Virus record (IMG/VR): IMGVR_UViG_3300044878_000071
Coordinates: 1-50,389 of that record
Length of the DNA: 50,389 bases
Direction: 5' to 3' (one strand)
DNA from: a virus
Lineage: Duplodnaviria > Caudoviricetes
The position numbers and the translations under genes are program-made. The notes beneath the pieces were generated by a model. The model was not told the DNA's origin, did not search any database, and saw nothing but the letters and a program-made list of their open reading frames with translations. The stretch's first letter is position 1; every line of letters begins with the position of its first letter. Positions 24,830 through 34,890 of this stretch are shown here, piece by piece.

Positions 24830-25017
24830 GCAACGTCACCCGACTACATCACGCATTGCCGCTGTCTCCGGATGTCCATGGGGCGCTGAATAATCTGGAT
24901 TTCGCCCTGGTGCAGGCCCTCAAGGCGGCAAAGGAAGCCGGCCTGCCTCAAGGCCTGATCGTCGCAGTGCTGCATGGTCACGCACACAGCGAGACGGCCA
25001 AGATGGTTGGCGCATGA
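24826..25017 (+). CDS. Hypothetical protein
   Basis: AKEAGLPQGLIVAVLHGHAH; coupled. Confidence 0.65.
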   Translation: MSNVTRLHHALPLSPDVHGALNNLDFALVQALKAAKEAGLPQGLIVAVLHGHAHSETAKMVGA

Positions 25018-25080
25018 CCGTATCCCCTGAGCGCATTCGCTGAGTGCGCTGACGAGATACCAACACCAAGGGGGTCGCCA

Positions 25081-25704
25081 ATGGAAAGGCCGCGGCCTCC
25101 TGCATCACTGCTTGAGCTGTCCGAGCTAGCCGAATTCGGCATGCGGGTTACACCGGCGCCGGAAGTGTGGGATTGGCTCCAGTCCGAGATCCTTGCCGAC
25201 ACGGGCAGGATTCACAACGAAGACCATGCGCACCTGATTGACTCAGGCGTCAAGGTCATGTGGGCATCGTCACACTTCGAGAAGCAGGGTCGCACGGTCC
25301 TGGGTCAGGCTGAGCAGGTAGCGTTCCGCGCCGGCGGCTGGCAGAAGGCCCGAATGGAACAGCAGATGCTTGATTGGTTCGGCGAGGTGCCGACCTTCAT
25401 CATCACCTTGGCTGCCGACTACTGCGACCAGTGCAGCGACCTTGAGTTCTGCGCCCTGGTTGAGCATGAGCTCTATCACATCTGCCATGCGACGGATAAG
25501 TACGGCCAGCCAGCCTTCACTGAAGACGGAATGCCCAAGCTGAAGATGCGCAGCCACGACGTGGAAGAGTTCGTCGGCGTGGTTCGTCGCTATGGTGCGA
25601 GCGCTGATGTCCAGGCGTTGGTGGATGCAGCAAACAGTCCTGCCGAGGTGGGGAAATTGAACATTGCGAGGGCCTGCGGAACCTGCCTGCTGAAGTCGGC
25701 TTGA
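25081..25704 (+). CDS. Putative phage metallopeptidase
   Basis: ALVEHELYH and HDVEEF..VVRRYG motifs. Confidence 0.85.
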   Translation: MERPRPPASLLELSELAEFGMRVTPAPEVWDWLQSEILADTGRIHNEDHAHLIDSGVKVMWASSHFEKQGRTVLGQAEQVAFRAGGWQKARMEQQMLDWFGEVPTFIITLAADYCDQCSDLEFCALVEHELYHICHATDKYGQPAFTEDGMPKLKMRSHDVEEFVGVVRRYGASADVQALVDAANSPAEVGKLNIARACGTCLLKSA

Positions 25705-25735
25705 AATAGACAGGCAATAGACGGAATCCAATCCT

Positions 25736-26197
25736 ATGGCAGCTCTGAACACTGAGGTGAAGGCCTTTATCGTTCAAGCGTTGGCCTGCTTCGATACCCC
25801 TTCTCAAGTGGCGGAGTCCGTCAAGCGTGAATTCGGCATTGATGTAACGCGCCAGCAGGTAGAAGCGCACGACCCAACAAAGCGCTGCAGCAAGACGCTG
25901 GCAAAGCGCTGGGTGACCCTGTTCGAAGATACCCGTGCGCGCTTCCGCGAAGAGACGGCAGAGATCCCGATCGCCAACCGAGCGTTCCGCCTCCGCGCCA
26001 TGAATCGATTCGTGGAGAAGGCCGAGACCATGAAGAACATCGGCCTGGCCATGCAGATCCTGGAGCAGGCTGCCAAGGAAGTCGGCGACGTGTACGTCAA
26101 CCGGCAGACCAAGAATGAAAACCCACACGACAATCTGGCGCCCACTCGGGTGCAGGTCGACGTAGTGGACGCGAGGAAGACTGATGCCGAGCCTTAA
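25736..26197 (+). CDS. Terminase small subunit (DUF2280-like)
   Basis: FIVQALACFDTPSQVA..LEQAAKEVG; directly before TerL. Confidence 0.85.
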   Translation: MAALNTEVKAFIVQALACFDTPSQVAESVKREFGIDVTRQQVEAHDPTKRCSKTLAKRWVTLFEDTRARFREETAEIPIANRAFRLRAMNRFVEKAETMKNIGLAMQILEQAAKEVGDVYVNRQTKNENPHDNLAPTRVQVDVVDARKTDAEP

Positions 26198-27485
26198 TGT
26201 GCCTCAGGCCAACTTCCTGCGCATGGATACCAAGTTCCGCGGCTTTGTTGCTGGCTTCGGCTCGGGCAAGACGTGGGTAGGCTGCGCGGCACTGTGCAAG
26301 CACGTATGGGAGTGGCCCCGGATCAACTCCGGCTACTTCGCCCCGACTTACCCGCAGATCCGCGACATCTTCTTCCCGACTATTGAAGAGGTCGCCTTCG
26401 ACTGGGGCCTGAAGGTCAAGACGAAGGAGAGCGACAAGGAGGTCGAGTTCTACAGCGGCGGTCAGTACCGCAGTACGACTATTTGCCGATCTATGGAGAA
26501 GCCGCAGACCATCGTGGGCTTCAAGATTGGTCACGCTCTGGTCGACGAGCTCGACGTTCTGCCGAAACTCAAGGCCGAGCACGCCTGGCGCAAGATCATT
26601 GCCCGGATGCGCTACAACGAGCAGGGCCTGAAGAACGGCGTGGACGTAACGACGACCCCTGAGGGGTTCAAGTTCGTGTACCAGCAGTTCGTGAAGCAGC
26701 TGCGCGAGAAGCCGGCACTGAAGGGTATGTATGGGCTTGTGCAGGCCAGCACGTTCGACAACGAACTGAACCTGCCTGCCGACTACATCCCATCGCTGAT
26801 GGAGTCGTACCCGCCACAGCTGATCCTGGCCTATCTGAACGGCCAGTTCGTCAACCTGAATGCCGGGTCGATCTACCACGCCTACGACAGGAAGCTGAAC
26901 GCTTGTTTCGACACCGTAGAGCCTGGCGAGCCGCTGTATATCGGCATGGACTTCAACGTCGGCAAGATGGCGGCGATCACGCACGTCAAGCGCGCCGACA
27001 ACAGGCCTCGCGCAGTGGACGAGCTGATTGATGGCTTCGACACCCCGGACATGATCCGGCGCATCAAAGAGCGTTACTGGAAGTACAACGGCAAGGACTA
27101 CGAGAAAACCTGCGAAATCCGGATTTACCCGGACGCCTCGGGCGGATCGCGTAAGTCTGTGAATGCCAGTGAAACCGATATCGCAATCCTTCGCCAGGCT
27201 GGATTCAGCGTGATCGCGCCGGATTCAAACCCGCCTGTGAAGGACCGCATCAACGCCATGAACGCGATGTTCTGCAACGCCAACGGCGAGCGCCGGTATC
27301 TGATCAACCCTCTACGCTGCCCGACCTATGCGGACGGCATTGAGCAGCAGGTGTGGGCGGCCAACGGCGAGCCTGACAAAAAGTCCGGCGTCGACCATGC
27401 GAACGATGCGGGCGGCTACTTCATCCATCACGACTACCCGATCAGCAGACCGATCACGCATATCCCCGTCACATTCACCTTCTGA
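26184..27485 (+). CDS. Terminase large subunit
   Basis: AGFGSGKT Walker A, LVDE Walker B, TTTP, GMDFN, DHANDA. Confidence 0.95.
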   Translation: MPSLNVPQANFLRMDTKFRGFVAGFGSGKTWVGCAALCKHVWEWPRINSGYFAPTYPQIRDIFFPTIEEVAFDWGLKVKTKESDKEVEFYSGGQYRSTTICRSMEKPQTIVGFKIGHALVDELDVLPKLKAEHAWRKIIARMRYNEQGLKNGVDVTTTPEGFKFVYQQFVKQLREKPALKGMYGLVQASTFDNELNLPADYIPSLMESYPPQLILAYLNGQFVNLNAGSIYHAYDRKLNACFDTVEPGEPLYIGMDFNVGKMAAITHVKRADNRPRAVDELIDGFDTPDMIRRIKERYWKYNGKDYEKTCEIRIYPDASGGSRKSVNASETDIAILRQAGFSVIAPDSNPPVKDRINAMNAMFCNANGERRYLINPLRCPTYADGIEQQVWAANGEPDKKSGVDHANDAGGYFIHHDYPISRPITHIPVTFTF

Positions 27486-27493
27486 GGCCATCC

Positions 27494-28909
27494 ATGGCGA
27501 ATTACAGCGACACCCGGCAGGAATATGCCGACGCCTTGCCTGGCTGGCGTCTGGTGAAGCGATGCGTCAAGGGCGCGCGCGAGGTACGCAAGCACGATAT
27601 CTACCTGCCGATGCCTGACCCTACGGACAAGTCTCCGGAAAACCTGGCTCGGTACGAACAGCTCAAGAAGCGGGCGATGTTCCTAAACATCACTGGCCGC
27701 ACCCGGGCCGGACTGCTGGGTGCTGTGTTCCGCGAGACTGCCGAACTGGCCTTGCCGACTGAAGTCGAGTATTTGAAAGAGAACGCCAGCGGCGACGGCA
27801 CCAGCCTTGAGCAGCTGTCGAAGAAGGCGGTCGGCGAGTGTTTGGACACCGGGCGCGGCGGCTTCCTGGTCGATTACCCGAAGGTCAAGGCGGCCAGCGG
27901 CGTTTCATCCATGGCGGATGCGGCCAAGCAGAAGGCCCTGATCCACTTCTACGACGCCGAGTCGATCATCGACTGGGACGAGCAAGTCATCGACGGCGTG
28001 AAGCGCCTGGTCTATGTCAACCTTCAGGAAAGCGTGTCGGTGTTCGACGCCGCTCAGTTGTCACGCGAGGAAGAGAAACAGAATCGAGTTCTGCTGCTGA
28101 TCGATGGGCAATACGTCCAGCGCCTGTACAAGGAAGGCGACCCGAATCCAGCCGACAGCACGCCGACCGACAAGGATGGGAAGCCATTCGACCACATCCC
28201 GTTCAGCTTCTTCGGCTCCGAGAACAACGACGCCGACATCGACAAGTCGCCGCTCGAAGACCTGGCCGACGTGAACATCCTGCACTATGGCAACTCGGCC
28301 ACGGTGGAAGAGGCAGGCTTCATCAGCAGCCAGCCAACCCTGTTCCTGACCACTGACATTTCCCCGGATGAGTTCGTAAAGCTCAACCCGAACGGGATGC
28401 GCATCGGCAGTCGCCGCGGTTACAACCTCGGCAAGACTGGCAGCGCCTCGCTGGTGCAAGCCAAGGAAACGCAGCTTTCCCTTGAGTTGATGCGCGACAA
28501 GCAAGACCAGATGGTCATGATCGGCGCTCGTATCGTCCTGAAGGCGGGCGGCAACGAGACGGCTGAGGCTGCGCGCCTCCGGTACAGTTCGGACAATTCG
28601 ATCCTTAGCACCGTGGCTGGCAACGTCTCCGAGGCGCTGAAACGGGCCATCCTGGACGCTGAGCGCTTCATGATCGGCGAGCCGAACGAGAAGGACACCG
28701 TGTTCTGGCTGAATCAGGAATTCTTCGATGAGGTTATGACCGCTCAAGACATCCTGGCCCGGGTCCAACTCTGGCAGCTTGGCGTCACCGCCAAGAAAGA
28801 CTTGCGAACCAGTCTGCGCCAGTCCGGCGCGATTGAGGCTGATCGCACCGACGACGATATCGACGCAGACATCGAGGCGGCCGCTCCGGTGGTTGGTAGC
28901 GACGTATGA
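27494..28909 (+). CDS. Portal protein (DUF4055-like)
   Basis: 471 aa after TerL; RAMFLNITGRT..LLGAVF; IPFSFFG. Confidence 0.88.
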   Translation: MANYSDTRQEYADALPGWRLVKRCVKGAREVRKHDIYLPMPDPTDKSPENLARYEQLKKRAMFLNITGRTRAGLLGAVFRETAELALPTEVEYLKENASGDGTSLEQLSKKAVGECLDTGRGGFLVDYPKVKAASGVSSMADAAKQKALIHFYDAESIIDWDEQVIDGVKRLVYVNLQESVSVFDAAQLSREEEKQNRVLLLIDGQYVQRLYKEGDPNPADSTPTDKDGKPFDHIPFSFFGSENNDADIDKSPLEDLADVNILHYGNSATVEEAGFISSQPTLFLTTDISPDEFVKLNPNGMRIGSRRGYNLGKTGSASLVQAKETQLSLELMRDKQDQMVMIGARIVLKAGGNETAEAARLRYSSDNSILSTVAGNVSEALKRAILDAERFMIGEPNEKDTVFWLNQEFFDEVMTAQDILARVQLWQLGVTAKKDLRTSLRQSGAIEADRTDDDIDADIEAAAPVVGSDV

Positions 28910-29952
28910 GCGCCGAAGGGTTCTTAGCGGATGCGGCAACCCGGCATCAGATCTACGTCCAGCGCTATGCCGGCGGCAACCTGAAACGGGCGGCCAAGTT
29001 CATCAGCAAGGCGATCAATACCGCCAAGGAGCGCGTAGCGGCTGGATTGAGCGCCTACGGCACCAAGCGGTACGCCTCACAGATTAACGCGCTGTCCGGC
29101 AATCTGGCGGCCATCTACGGAGACATGAAGGGCCAGGTCGTCATGGATCTGACCGAGTTCGGCGCCTACGAGGCCGAGTTCAACGCGACCATGCTCGGCA
29201 AGGTGGTCAAGGCGGTCGTTCAGTTCAATGTCCCGGCGCCCGATATGGTCGCCGCGGCTGCACTGGCCGACCCGCTGGAACTGGAGGCGCGCAAGGGCCT
29301 GCAACGGATCAGCATCAGCGGTGCGCTTGACCAGTTCGGGACCAAGAAGGCTGCCGAGATCATCGGCGAAATTCAGAGTGGTTCAGCCTTGGGCGAGACC
29401 AGTCAGCAGATTGGCTCCAGGCTCAATAGCGTTCATCAACTGCAACATGACCAAGCAACTGCGCTGGTCCGCACCATGACCAACCATATCGCCTCTACAG
29501 CGCGCGCGCAGGTTATGGAGTCCAACGACGACATCCTCAGCGGGTGGCGATGGATATCGACGCTCGACAAGCACACGACACCAATGTGCCAGGATCGAGA
29601 TCAGCGCCTCTACGGCTGGGATGACCCTAAGCCTCCTGGGCACTGGAACTGCCGATCATCGTCTGTGCCAGTGCTCAAGGCCGAATACGCCCGAGAGATC
29701 AAAGGCTCCACGCGCCCCGCTGTAGGGCCGGACGGGGTCGAACTGGTATCGAGCAAGACCACCTATCAGGAATGGCTATCACGCCAGCCTGCATCGTTTC
29801 AGCGCGACGTGCTGGGGCCTAATCGTTACGAGCTTTTCACGAAGGGCGAGTTAACCCTGGATAAGTTCGTGGACGACGCTGGTCGCACGCTCACGTTGAA
29901 ACAACTCAGGGAGAAAGAGGCTGCTGCGTTCGAAAGGGCGGGGATGATCTGA
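28906..29952 (+). CDS. Head morphogenesis protein (SPP1 gp7/Mu gpF family)
   Basis: WISTLDKHTTPMC...PPGHWNCRS. Confidence 0.9.
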   Translation: MSAEGFLADAATRHQIYVQRYAGGNLKRAAKFISKAINTAKERVAAGLSAYGTKRYASQINALSGNLAAIYGDMKGQVVMDLTEFGAYEAEFNATMLGKVVKAVVQFNVPAPDMVAAAALADPLELEARKGLQRISISGALDQFGTKKAAEIIGEIQSGSALGETSQQIGSRLNSVHQLQHDQATALVRTMTNHIASTARAQVMESNDDILSGWRWISTLDKHTTPMCQDRDQRLYGWDDPKPPGHWNCRSSSVPVLKAEYAREIKGSTRPAVGPDGVELVSSKTTYQEWLSRQPASFQRDVLGPNRYELFTKGELTLDKFVDDAGRTLTLKQLREKEAAAFERAGMI

Positions 29953-30027
29953 GGTAGAATGAATGAGCCGACTCAGCGCTGGTAACGCTGAGTCGGCTCT
30001 AACCAATATGATCAGGAGACGATCAAT

Positions 30028-30735
30028 ATGGCTTCCGCCATTCTACGTGCATACACGGTTTACGGTCTACGCGACTCTAGAGATGGGGTTATTCGCTATG
30101 TCGGGCAAACAACAAGCCCGGTGAATAGGCGTCTCTCATCTCACCTCTGTGAAGCCAATCGCGGCAGCAAGCCAAAAGATGAATGGATAAAGTCCGTCCG
30201 ACTAAGCGGGGCGCAGGTCGAGATCGTTGCGCTCGTTGATCGGGCGGAAAAGGATATTGACGAGGTCGCCCAGATTGCCATCTACAGCAGTCAAGGCGTT
30301 GAGCTTTTCAATATTACTGGCGGCGGTGCAGGCCTATCCCACTGCAATGACGCTACTCGCGATCAGCTTTCCGCCTCCACCGTAGCTCGGTTTTCTAATC
30401 CGTCCGAAAGGGGAAAGACCTCATCTGCAACCCGAGAAGCAATGCAGCGCGGCGAGGTTAAGGAAAAGCTGTCCGTTGCGGCTGTGGCCCGATGGGGCGA
30501 CAAGGGTAATAGGTCTGAGCAGTCTCTGAAAGTTACCGATCGATTCTCTCGGCCAGAAGAAAGGGCGGCTCAGTCTGATCGCACGTCAAAACTTACGAAT
30601 CAGCAAGTAATTGAGGCCCGCCGCATGAGGCGGTCAGGCACCAGCCTGAAGGATCTGTGCCAGATGTTCGGCCTAGCCAAAGCCTCAATGAGCGCACTCT
30701 GCAACGGGAAGACATTCAAGCATCTCCCGATGTAA
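30028..30735 (+). CDS. Free-standing GIY-YIG homing endonuclease
   Basis: VYGL..RYVGQT..R...H...E...N; NUMOD3-like repeats; C-terminal HTH. Confidence 0.8.
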   Translation: MASAILRAYTVYGLRDSRDGVIRYVGQTTSPVNRRLSSHLCEANRGSKPKDEWIKSVRLSGAQVEIVALVDRAEKDIDEVAQIAIYSSQGVELFNITGGGAGLSHCNDATRDQLSASTVARFSNPSERGKTSSATREAMQRGEVKEKLSVAAVARWGDKGNRSEQSLKVTDRFSRPEERAAQSDRTSKLTNQQVIEARRMRRSGTSLKDLCQMFGLAKASMSALCNGKTFKHLPM

Positions 30736-30753
30736 CCATCACCAAATCAAACC

Positions 30754-30779
30754 AGCCTCGCCAAGTGCGGGGCTTTTTT
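30754..30779 (+). terminator. Intrinsic terminator
   Basis: AGCCTCGC/GCGGGGCT plus T run. Confidence 0.7.
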
Positions 30780-30822
30780 ATGTCCGCAGGCAGGGCCTGC
30801 ACCAAGTCTCTGGGAGACAGCA

Positions 30823-31533
30823 ATGACCTTGAAATTCACCTTGGACACCCTCGAAGGCGTCGACGATTCCGTAAAAGCTCTGTACGTCGAGAAGGACGGC
30901 AAATTCGTGCTGGGCATCGAAGGCCTGCCGCAACCCGAAGACGTGAGCGGCCTGAAGTCGAAGGTCGAGGAACTGCTGAGCGAGAAGAAAGCGGCCGAGA
31001 AGGCCCGTCGCGAAGCTGAGGAAGCGGCCCGCACCGAGCGTGAAGAGGCGGCCCGCAAGTCCGGCAACGTCGAGGAACTGGAGAAGTCCTGGTCCGAGAA
31101 GTACGCCCGCCGCGAGGCTGAGCTGTCCGGCCAACTGGAAAGCACGAACAGCGCCCTACAAGGCCAGATCCGGGATCTGACTGTAGGCCGCACCGCTACC
31201 GATATCGCCACCACTCTGGCTATCCCGGGCAGCGCCAAGGCATTGCTCCCCCACATCGAACGCCGACTGAGCGTCGAGCAACGTGACGGCAAACCCACCG
31301 TCGTCGTGCTGGACGCCTCCGGCAAGCTCTCGGCGTCAACGCTGGACGAGCTGAAAGCAGAATTCACCAACGATCCGGCCTTTGGTCCGCTGATCGCTGG
31401 TAGCAAAGCATCTGGCGGCGGGGCCGGCGGTGCAGGTAAAGGCGGCGGGGCCGCACAAGGCAACATCGGCGGCAACAAAGACGAGCGCACCAAAGCGATC
31501 GCAAGCAAGTACCCAGACCTCCCCCTCAAGTAA
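30823..31533 (+). CDS. Capsid scaffolding protein
   Basis: Coiled coil with Gly-rich tail, before the capsid gene. Confidence 0.85.
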   Translation: MTLKFTLDTLEGVDDSVKALYVEKDGKFVLGIEGLPQPEDVSGLKSKVEELLSEKKAAEKARREAEEAARTEREEAARKSGNVEELEKSWSEKYARREAELSGQLESTNSALQGQIRDLTVGRTATDIATTLAIPGSAKALLPHIERRLSVEQRDGKPTVVVLDASGKLSASTLDELKAEFTNDPAFGPLIAGSKASGGGAGGAGKGGGAAQGNIGGNKDERTKAIASKYPDLPLK

Positions 31534-31545
31534 AGGATTGACTTT

Positions 31546-32514
31546 ATGTCCCTGTCTCAAATGCAAGTGTTCAACGAATACATCATGCCAGCCGCGCTGG
31601 AATCTCTGGACCAGATGACCGCAGCGTTCAACGCCGCGAGCAATGGCGCGATCATCCTGTCTCCGGACGGCTTCACTGGCGACTTCCTGCAAGAGTCGTT
31701 CTTCCAGACCCTGGCCGCCGCCCAGCGCCGCGTGGATCGCTACGCTGCCAACGGCGCAGCAGCCATCACTGACCTGACCGAGCTGAAAAACGCCACGGTG
31801 AAGGTTGCCGGTGGTTTCGGTCCGATCCGCTACGAGCCATCCCAGATGACCTGGCTCCAGCGTCCAACCGTGCAGGGCATCGAGGTTGCTTCGCGCGCCT
31901 TCGCCGAGATCCTGCTGAAAGACCAGCTGAACACCGCCATCGCTGCGTTGGTTGCCGCGATCACCGCTCAGGCATCCGCCACCAACGATGTGTCGGCCAC
32001 CCTCGGTATCACTCAGGCCGCCCTGAACAACGCTCACGCCAAGTTCGGTGATGCCTCGCAGAACCTGGTCGCCCAGATCATGCAGGGCACCACCTACCAC
32101 AAGCTGGTAGGTCAGAACCTGGTCAACGCTGCACAGCTGTTCCAGGCTGGCAACGTGCGCGTAGTCGACATCCTCGGCAAGGTCTCCGTCGTAACCGACG
32201 CCCCTTCGCTGGCTCAGGCTGGTACTCCGAACAAGGAGATCATCCTGTCTCTGGTGTCGGGCGCCGCACTGGTTCACGACGCCCGCGACCAGATCTCGAA
32301 CGTCGACACCTCGAACGGCAAGGAACGCATCGAGACCACCATCCAGGTCGATTACACATTTGGCCTGGGCCTGAAGGGTTACACCTGGGATGTCACCGCC
32401 GGTGGCAAGTCCCCAACCGACGCCGAGCTGGCCACCGGTACCAACTGGGACAAAACCGCTACCAGCATCAAGCACACCGCCGGTGTCGCTCTGATCGGTG
32501 ACGCTTCCAAGTAA
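31546..32514 (+). CDS. Major capsid protein
   Basis: 322 aa; AFNAASNGAIIL..LKGYTWD..GGKSPTDAELATGTNW; strong codon bias. Confidence 0.9.
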   Translation: MSLSQMQVFNEYIMPAALESLDQMTAAFNAASNGAIILSPDGFTGDFLQESFFQTLAAAQRRVDRYAANGAAAITDLTELKNATVKVAGGFGPIRYEPSQMTWLQRPTVQGIEVASRAFAEILLKDQLNTAIAALVAAITAQASATNDVSATLGITQAALNNAHAKFGDASQNLVAQIMQGTTYHKLVGQNLVNAAQLFQAGNVRVVDILGKVSVVTDAPSLAQAGTPNKEIILSLVSGAALVHDARDQISNVDTSNGKERIETTIQVDYTFGLGLKGYTWDVTAGGKSPTDAELATGTNWDKTATSIKHTAGVALIGDASK

Positions 32515-32562
32515 CCCACTGAATGCCGCGCCGGGGCAGCCTGGCGCGGCTGAGGATCAAGC

Positions 32563-33069
32563 ATGACCGATAAGAACATCTGGTATCTGCCAGGCCCGTT
32601 TCACCGCTACGAAGACGACGTGAAGGCCATCGCCAAGAAGGCCGGACTGATCATCGTCGACGCCAACGTGACCGAGAGTCGCGACGGCGAGTGCGAGAAG
32701 CCGCCGAAGGTGAAGCTCAAAGAGCTGCCGGCACCGGCTGAGCTGGTAGTCGAGGTTTCGCTGTCGCAGGTCGAGGTCGAGCTGAAAGAGGCGATCGGCA
32801 ACCTGAATGCAGAGCGTGACGGCATGCGCGGCCTGATCGAATCCCTCGAAGGGGAGAGCCCGCTTGAACATCCAGGCGCTGGCGAGCTGCCGATCCGCCT
32901 GTTCGACGCGCTGACCAAGATCCACGTCGGTTTTACCGAGCTGGCAGAAAGTCGCGATCAGATCACCCAGGAGTGCAACGCCCTGCAGGTAGAGGTCGAG
33001 GCGCTGAAGAAGGCAGAAGCCGAGCGCGCCGAGAAGGCCGGCAAGGCCAAGCCTGACGCCAAGGCGTAA
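32563..33069 (+). CDS. Hypothetical head-associated protein
   Basis: Synteny after the capsid gene. Confidence 0.7.
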   Translation: MTDKNIWYLPGPFHRYEDDVKAIAKKAGLIIVDANVTESRDGECEKPPKVKLKELPAPAELVVEVSLSQVEVELKEAIGNLNAERDGMRGLIESLEGESPLEHPGAGELPIRLFDALTKIHVGFTELAESRDQITQECNALQVEVEALKKAEAERAEKAGKAKPDAKA

Positions 33070-33108
33070 CACCGGGGCTACGGCCCCACTCATTCAACCG
33101 GAGGCCGG

Positions 33109-33498
33109 ATGGCTACCTACATCACCGTGGCCGACGTGGACACCATCCTCGGCACTGACTGGACGACTCCAGATAAGAAAGACCGCGCCGTCATGCAGGC
33201 CAATGCCTATCTGACCTCGCTCAATCTGACTGGAATCGACATGGACGCGATCCCTGACGAGGTCAAGCAGGCAGGCGCCGAGCTGGCCAAGTGCGCCGCT
33301 GACGGCGTTCTCTATCAGCAGCAGTCGTCTGGTTCGCTGGAGGCCAAGACCGTCAAGGCGGGATCGGTAACGACCTCGAAGACGTTCGGCACGATCGATT
33401 CCAGTTCCACCAAGGCCCAGGCCGAGGGCATCCAGTTCGCCTTGGCGCTGCTGAATCCCTGGCTTCGGTCGTCCTTCGGCTTCGACGTGTACAGGTGA
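33109..33498 (+). CDS. Head-tail adaptor
   Basis: YITVADVD..IPDEVKQAGAELA; synteny. Confidence 0.75.
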   Translation: MATYITVADVDTILGTDWTTPDKKDRAVMQANAYLTSLNLTGIDMDAIPDEVKQAGAELAKCAADGVLYQQQSSGSLEAKTVKAGSVTTSKTFGTIDSSSTKAQAEGIQFALALLNPWLRSSFGFDVYR

Positions 33499-33501
33499 CC
33501 C

Positions 33502-33858
33502 ATGGGAATGCGCGAAGAGATCCAGGCCGATCTGGCCGAGGCGTTCGACACTGACCTGGCCGACGCGGTTGTGCCATTCAGTGGTGGCATTACGCTGCCA
33601 GGCACCTGGGACCCGGTCAATGAAGAGTCGACTGACCCTGTTGTCATCGCCTACGCCGGGCGCGGCGTGATGGATGCCTTCAAGGCTCAGGCCGTGGACG
33701 GAATCAACATCCTGGCGACCGACCAGCTGCTGATCGCGCTCACCAACGAAACGACCGGAACGCCTGCCGTGGGTCACACGATCAACGGTTTCAGCGTGAT
33801 CAACGTCCAGAAAGACCCAGCCGACGCTCACTACGAGATCCAGCTGAGGAAGACGTAA
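33502..33858 (+). CDS. Head closure protein
   Basis: Synteny; DPADAHYEIQLRK C-terminus. Confidence 0.7.
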   Translation: MGMREEIQADLAEAFDTDLADAVVPFSGGITLPGTWDPVNEESTDPVVIAYAGRGVMDAFKAQAVDGINILATDQLLIALTNETTGTPAVGHTINGFSVINVQKDPADAHYEIQLRKT

Positions 33859-34434
33859 ATGAACGCCAAAGCCGGATGGAGCCATAGCCTGCGCGACTTC
33901 GCCGACCAGATCGACGAGGACGTGACCCAGCATGTGCGGGTGATCGCCATGGCCATGCTGACCGAAGTCGTCAACCGCTCGCCCGTGGGTAACCCGGACT
34001 TGTGGAAGGCCAACACCGAGCTTCGAGCGCAGAACACGGCTCTGGCCGATGCCTACGACGCCAACGTCGATGCCCGCAACGCGACCAACACCGGCAAAAA
34101 GCAATTCAAGAAGCTGACCCAGCGTGAGCGAAAAGAGAACTTCTTTGTCGATGCCAAGGCCGCTGGCAAGGGCTACATCGGCGGGACGTTCCGCGGCAGT
34201 CACATCGTATCGGTGGGCTCGCCTGACTTTACGGTCGCCGAAAACGTCGATCCGTCCGGCCGCGACACCATCAACAAAGGCGCGATGATGATCAAGGCGT
34301 CAGGGAATTACCCCGTGATCTACATCCAGACGAACAGCCCCTACGGCGAAATGCTCGAACTCGGGCATTCGACCCAGGCTCCGGGCGGCGTCTATGACCT
34401 GGCCTGGATCGGCGTATCAGAGGCCTACCGATGA
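33859..34434 (+). CDS. Tail completion/neck protein (HK97 gp10-like)
   Basis: SPVGNPDLW..G.FRGS..PYGEMLELGHSTQAPGG. Confidence 0.8.
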   Translation: MNAKAGWSHSLRDFADQIDEDVTQHVRVIAMAMLTEVVNRSPVGNPDLWKANTELRAQNTALADAYDANVDARNATNTGKKQFKKLTQRERKENFFVDAKAAGKGYIGGTFRGSHIVSVGSPDFTVAENVDPSGRDTINKGAMMIKASGNYPVIYIQTNSPYGEMLELGHSTQAPGGVYDLAWIGVSEAYR

Positions 34435-34823
34435 CCTATGAAGACATCCGCAAGCTGATCACGGCGCGCATGGTCGCCTTTTCCGTCCTGCCGCAGTCGA
34501 GCATCGACTACCCGAACACCTCGACCTTCACGCCGCCGGCTGACGGCCTCTGGTGCCGCCTGAACATCCAGCACGCAACGGCCTTCATGGCTGGCATGGC
34601 TGACAAGCCATACACCCGCAAGCCAGGGCAGATCAGCATCCAATGCTTCGCCAGGATCGGCACTGGTACCAAGGCGCTCAACGTTCTGTCGGATCAGCTT
34701 GAAGCGCACTTTGCCTACTGGCAGTCGGGCGACCTCGAATGCCTGGAGGCAAGCCAGATCCCAGCCGGCGAGTTCGAAGGCTTCTATCAGGTCAACGTCA
34801 ACGTCCGGTTTCGTGCCGGCTGA
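34431..34823 (+). CDS. Tail terminator (DUF4128-like)
   Basis: YPN..FTPP..LWCRL; precedes the tail tube gene. Confidence 0.75.
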   Translation: MTYEDIRKLITARMVAFSVLPQSSIDYPNTSTFTPPADGLWCRLNIQHATAFMAGMADKPYTRKPGQISIQCFARIGTGTKALNVLSDQLEAHFAYWQSGDLECLEASQIPAGEFEGFYQVNVNVRFRAG

Positions 34824-34840
34824 CACAAACAATCCAGTAT

Positions 34841-34865
34841 GACCCGCCGAGTGCGGGTTTTTTTA
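34841..34865 (+). terminator. Intrinsic terminator
   Basis: ACCCGC/GCGGGT plus T run. Confidence 0.7.
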
Positions 34866-34890
34866 TGTCCGCACCGTGGAGAATTGAACA

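Noticed and set aside
30805-30820. AGTCTCTGGGAGAC as a regulon site
   Set aside because: Wrong half-site spacing; it overlaps the scaffold gene RBS
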